Shown here one piece after another: positions 58,245 to 64,000 of a stretch of 64,000 nucleotides of DNA. Within the stretch, counting starts at the first letter, position 1, and each line of letters starts with the position of its first letter. Source of the stretch: Macrostomum lignano (lineage: Eukaryota); assembly GCA_002269645.1 (NCBI GenBank), contig NIVC01003099.1, forward strand, positions 1 through 64,000, written 5' to 3'. The notes below the pieces were generated by a model, which saw only the letters and a list, made by a program, of their open reading frames with translations, had not been told where the DNA came from and made no database searches. The translations under genes were made by a program, and so were the position numbers.

Positions 58245-61200
58245 ATGAAGTACATAGTGATTTTCCACAATGACCTCAAAATCATCGAGGCAAATGCGGA
58301 AGATGTTTTTCTAGGACAATACCAGAATTGGACAGAAGAAGACTGGAAAAAGATCACACTTAGAAGTCCCACACTTATAGTGGTGCAAGTTCTGTATGAA
58401 GAAAACCGATACGAGGCGACACTGCTGCAGGCAAGTTGCAACACATTCTTAATTGTATTCTTTACATGATTGTTGACATCAGTTCTACTTAGGGCAATTT
58501 AACTGATTTTCTCATTGGTGTGTAGCTTGAGCTAACTGTTAATGACAGATGGTAAGACGTAAGTGAAATAAGAAAAGCAAGAGTGAGATAGAGGACTAGG
58601 AATGAGAGGGGAAGAATAGAATTAAAGAACTAAGTGGAGTAAAGAAGCAGGGTAGCGTGAGCTGGTTCAGTACGATGGAGAATAGGACAAGTCAAAGTGA
58701 TAGAATTAAGTTTAAAGATTTTAAGAGGGGAAGGACTAAAGTTTATATTACGGATAGAGACGTTCTGCACTTAAATATCAATTATAAAGGCTTTTAACTA
58801 ATTTCTGCGCGATGCCCGTCTCTGCAAAAAAGCGGATATCGACCTTTTTGCGCATGGTGGACAGAGTGTTAGGAGGCATGAAGAGACAACTGTTTCCGCG
58901 CATGGATGTAAGTAATTTAGTAAATAATTTAGTATTGAAAAGAATGATACTTTCAGTAAAATTAACTAGAAATAAATTACTTCAAAGCCTAAAGTTTTTT
59001 TTAAATCAATAAGGAATTATATCCACATTGCTAATGTCTGGCTCCAGTATAACATATTCACATCTGGAAAACTGAGTCTGCAAATGTGTAGAGCTATTCA
59101 TCAGATTAGTGTTTGAAACTGCTTTCCCTACTCAGGCCCTGGCCCTGGGAAAAGGACCCCAACCCCTTTGCTTTATCAAGTGGGACCATGCAGTGACCAC
59201 AGTTGCATTTAGTGTAAAAAAAGTCCATAGGCATAAGGGGATGAATAAGGCAGATTCCATACCCCCAAATTTGAAATTCAGGCTTGTCTAACATGCAGAC
59301 ACAATTGTAATTTACATGTACTACCGCTTCATTCCAGCTACTCAGCACCTCTAAAAGCGACGCTGAACCTCCACGAAGCCTTCACCAGAGACCCCATGGT
59401 GGGATTGATTTGGATTCTGCTGAGGGTGTAGAATCCGGTCTACAGCTGCTGCCGCCTCCTCAGCAGAAGGTGCTGCCGACTGCCACTTTAGGAGCCATGT
59501 CCGGAGCAACAGGCATGGATGGCGCTGACCTGCTGGATATGGATCACGACAGGGTCCACATGGCCGATGCGGCCATTACACCAGCATCTGCCGCTATTCC
59601 CGCCGCCGTGGATGGTACAAGATCCTGATTGTCAGCTCGCCTTGGATCAGCAGACTCTACCGCAGGCTCCGCCTTGTCTGGTGACACCCCACAGCTGTGC
59701 CGGGATCCACACGGTGTCAGCTTTCTCAATTTTGGCAACACCTGCATTCAGCAGACAAGGGAGGCAATGGAGGCAAAATCAGGCACCTCTATGGACACTT
59801 AAGAAGGCCAAACTTTTGCCCTCATCAGCATCTTCCGGCAGCTGCACATCACCCGAGTAGAGCTGAAGTCTTAGATGGAGCAACAAGTGCAGCAGATAAG
59901 GGCAGAAATGCAGCGCCTGCGTCGCAATCTCCTGGCTGCGATTGGAGGGCATGGTGGGCAAGCCGTTGCAGCTGAGACCAAGCCGGTGCCAGTAGGGTCA
60001 TGGAGGGAGTACGCGAACTTCGTCACATCTTCTGAGGCGATGATGGCGCAGGTAAGGGACAATCTGGACTGAACAATATTTTTGTAGCTCAGAAGTTCCC
60101 TCTCCTTATTCACAACTCAACAGTGTACAATTTGACAAGGCTACCGATTTGACAGAGTTGTATCTTAGTGCAGTGCTCACTCTGCAGTTGGCAGAGTGTA
60201 ATCTCTATTTTATGCTTTATCCGCTCCATTGCTTCTGAGCATGCATTGGGAAGGACAAAATTCGGATTACTTTCAGACTTATATGTGCAACTGTTTGCTA
60301 CTGTTAGTAAATCAAAAGCACTGTGGAAGGATTTTTCAAACATAATTATAAAATCTTTACTTTTTCGCACGTCTAGCCTGTTGTACAAGTCAGCCTTAAC
60401 CTTCTAAGTTTAAGGAGACAAACTTGACTTTTGACAATTCGATCAGTTTGTATTTTTGTGGGAATAGCCCAGTGGGTATAGCTGTTATGTATGATTTGAC
60501 TGCTCTACTCAAAGCAAATAGAGAAAATAAAAAATCTTACAATAACATAGCATGCTAATTCAACATGACTGTACATGAAGGCACTTTTTTATATCTTTTT
60601 CTAAACAATTGCTATATCGCTCCTTTTCATTCAGGTGCCATATCTCTTAGCCTGCAAATTGGCTACCACATATAACACCGTCTCTCAAATGGTGGACAAA
60701 TGCCTCACAGTCGAGATGCAGAAGCAGGTGAACTACAGCGGCCGAGATCTCCAGAAGAGGAATCAGTTGGAGCTCTCCGACACCCTTCTGGCATTCCACA
60801 ATGCCCTGCCTGCTTTCCAAGGTGAGAATGTTTCTTTTGGATCATAGCCATCAGTCAGTTGGTACACCAAATTATGCACAAGTCTTCGTCTTGCTTTCAT
60901 TATCACCGGCCACTCTCTTTATTAAACGTTCATGCTTCAGTAGGGAGTCCTATCTTAGTGCAGTGCTTAGTGCTGTCGGCAGAGTGTAATCTCTTTATCT
61001 TATGCTTAATCCACTCCATTGTTTTTGGGCATGCATTGGAAGGACAAAATTCGGATTTCTTTTAGGACTTATATGTTCAATTGTTTGCTACTGTTAGTAG
61101 ACCAAAAGCACTGTAGAAGCATTTTTCCAACATAATTATAGAATATTTACTTTTTCGTACGCCTAGCCCATTGTACAAGTGATGCAATATTCCTACACTT

Positions 61201-61382
61201 ATTTTGCTTCAGCTGCCATCTCAAAGATGCACGGAGGTCAGAGGCCTGCCGAGCGCGATGTGGAGATAGCAGTCATCTCCGTCCTGAAAAACGCGCATGA
61301 CAGAGTGGGAGGCCGTCAAAAGCGTCGTGATTCCTCAGCGGCGGCGGCTGTAGTGGCGCAGGCAAACAACAACCAGCAATGA
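58245..61382 (+). CDS. CACTA second (accessory) ORF, spliced, with C-terminal DUF4806/BEN-like domain; 5' part possibly disrupted
   Basis: Last three exons splice cleanly (..60051 | 60635-60821 | 61213-61382) and encode VSQMVDKCLTVEMQKQVNYSGR...VISVLKNAHDRVGGRQKR. Probable first exon starts at ATG 58245; next exon 59338 onward has a stop at 59626-59628. Confidence 0.6.
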
Positions 61383-64000
61383 GGAAGACAAACTGCAGAT
61401 GCGGACTATCCTCGGAAGCGAACGCGGGAAAGCAGTTCCGAGGACGATTCTCTCATATTTGAGTGATTCAGCCCTTTGTAGCCTTAACTGCTTGCATGAG
61501 TTCCACTGACTTATTTACCACTGAATGTCTTGTATTTCCACTGATTTATTTTAACACTGAATGTCTTATATTTCCAATACCTTTTTAGCCAAAAATGTAT
61601 ACTGCAAGAAGAATGTAAAAATAAAAATACAATGCGTATATATTGTCCGCTTGACAATTCGTTCTCCGACAAACTTTAAATTGCCAAAAGTTACGTTTTG
61701 AATTTTGGCGCGAAATGTAAATGTTTGAGCCAAGTACATGTTTCCTGTACTTTTGTTGGTGCTATGCTGTGTGCACAGTGCACACTCACACAGTCTCTGA
61801 TGATTTATAGGCACAGTAGGTGGAACTATAATAGAATAAAATTACCAGTAGAATGGGGCAAAAATTAAAGACGCAAAAAATAGGAGGCAAAGCGCTGGCA
61901 CACTGGTGGCGGGCTAGCGTTGGGTCGAGCCAGATTTAGCTGTGCATTGCCACCCTCGGCCCGAGCCAGACACCCCTCTGGTGGCACGAGCCCCTTTTTT
62001 TCCACTGGGTTGTCCACTGTTATATTTGCACAATATATTAGTTATATTTATAACCACTTTAATTTGTCATATACCTTTGTCTACTCTCTACAACAATGAT
62101 TATTATATAATGTGATTCTAAATGCTTAGCCAACACATAGTTTATAATTTCCAAAAAGGCAGTATTAAAAATTTCTTATTATTGCATTTGGAAAATTTCT
62201 ATTTTTACAATAATTATACAGTCTATACTAGTCTACATTTAAAATTTGTAGTCTGTTAAAAATATTTAGTTTTAGATAACTTTAGCATCAATGTTGTATT
62301 ATTTGCAAAATTTAGGTGTTTTTCTAAAAAAGCAAAAGTAAAAATAGTATATAGGCCTAGGCCTAAGCACAATCTAAGTCAAGGAATACTTGAAGGCAAA
62401 ATGGTTTAGGGGCCATAGTCAAGAATGTGGCCTTTATGCCAGAAAATTCCAGCATATTTTGCCCTAGTTGACAATCTTGGTATACACTGGGCATATAGAA
62501 TTTTCAGGTTCAACATCAAGTATACACAGTTGATATATAAAAATAGCCAAGTTCAGGTCCTATGTATATTGTATAATAAAATATCAACAAACAATCTTGA
62601 AAGCTCTAGCTTAAAATAATTGGAAACAAAAAAATAAATGAGATGGGGCGGAGAAAGGTTTGGTAGTAGGTGGGATTGTCCGGTGGTCGCTTGATTTAAT
62701 GTCAAGTATGAGCAGCTCAGGCCTTTGAATTGGCGCCATCGTTAATTTGCACAGATTAAATCCAGAAAATTTGTGTGGACAAATCCCAATTGAAATGTCT
62801 CGTAGATACTCTGACTGCCGGGGTCCTCAATCCCGGGGAGAGGGTAGTTTTAGTTGTAGGCAAGCGGTCTTCGTTGGTACGAGCATTCAGAGCGGGTCCT
62901 CAGATACCGAATTTAATGTATCTCGTATGCTTGACGTAACTTGTTACTAACAGTAGAGTAGCGCTGCCACCATCGTAATTTGTGTATTATGGAACGTTGA
63001 AACCTCAGAGCTTGCTTTGAGATGAGATTGATGGGTTATTTTATGCCCCACAGGCAAATGACTCAATATAAAACTAGGCTTCAGGTTATCAGAGAGAGAT
63101 TAATGTCATATTAATTGTTTTATTAAGACTTCAGCGGCAATATACTAATTTACCTAGTAATTAAAGAATAAAAATTATTAACTAAGATTCACCAAATGTA
63201 TTAAAATAATCAAACAGGACCGTGACCACTCCAGCGGATGATTGGCTGGTGCCGCAGTGCACTAGCTACTGAATAGATAGACTGGGTGCAACTAAACTGG
63301 CGGACTTAAAAATATTAGAAATTAAATTAAAAGGTAGGAGGGAAACGGAAAGAAGAAAAGGGAATAAAAGGAAGGCAAGTAAGGAAAGGGGGATAAGAAA
63401 AATTAGGTGGCTCCAGAGGGCACCAATATATAGACAAAATATATGCAACAAGTGGTCAAAGGGGTCAAACACTGGTGGCAAAGGGTGGTCACATAGATCA
63501 AGTAAGGAACAGACAGAAAATAACATGGAAAATAGGGTGATAAACAAGGTTTCCAACAGAAGGATGCAAAAGACAAAACAAACCAGCCACTGGGGCACAA
63601 GGTGGGCACACAGGACCAAAACTGGGGATAGCGGGGAATGGGTCAAGGGTGGTTTATTATTAAGTCACAAAAAATTAAATTTCAAAATTAAAGTATTAAC
63701 GTTCATTAGATTGTCAGTGGCAGCCCCTAACTGCCACATAAAAATAATGAAATTTACAAGAAAAAATTAAATTAAAACAAAGAATAGGCCCTATTTGTTT
63801 TAGCAAAAAAAGTTATTTTAAAGTTCAGTAAAACTCTTATATTTTTAAAAATATACATTCTCTAAAAAGTTGGCATAGGCCTTATAAATAGGCCTAGAAT
63901 GTTTATATTCAACATTACAAACTATTTGGCCTATGGCCCTATCGCCTAGGCCTATATTAAATAAGTTAAAATATTTTTTAAATGTTAAATAAACCAATTG

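Larger units (their letters stand above)
52391..62009 (+). mobile_element. CACTA/EnSpm-superfamily DNA transposon, 9619 bp, both ends present
   Basis: Perfect 15-bp TIR CCCAGTGGAAAAAAA at 52391-52405 and its reverse complement at 61995-62009; TT on both flanks (2-bp TSD); internal CACTA-type transposase remnant and spliced second ORF. Confidence 0.88.

Overview
Eukaryotic (animal) genomic DNA, intron-rich and packed with minisatellites. The style (almost every long intron filled by its own 16-64 bp tandem array, an orphan rhodopsin-like GPCR) suggests a free-living flatworm such as Macrostomum, but this is inference only. Five host genes were reconstructed by hand from splice sites and reading frames. 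(1) + strand 4532-15394, 9 exons, ~1510 aa: an LRWD1/ORCA-like LRR+WD40 protein spliced in frame to an N-terminal region with two NAB-family NCD2-like domains, an architecture I do not recognise from any described protein. (2) - strand 20046-17395: secreted PAN/Apple + LamG/pentraxin-like protein. (3) - strand 31475-21358, 14 exons, ~1000 aa: KIF28/KLP-6-like kinesin-3 whose first intron looks like a U12-type AT-AC intron and whose C-terminus is a CaaX box (CVLQ). (4) - strand 35337-33973: orphan 7TM receptor lacking DRY and the conserved disulfide cysteines. (5) - strand 49418-45391: pirin. Mobile DNA comprises a decayed mariner split by a hAT-type MITE, and a 9.6-kb CACTA/EnSpm element (15-bp TIRs, TT target duplication) with a broken transposase, a spliced DUF4806/BEN-like ORF2 and a nested hAT MITE. 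Four -1 frameshifts in otherwise intact host genes, three of them at GGG runs that need GGGG, most likely reflect homopolymer errors in the assembly. No rRNA, tRNA or CRISPR was recognised.
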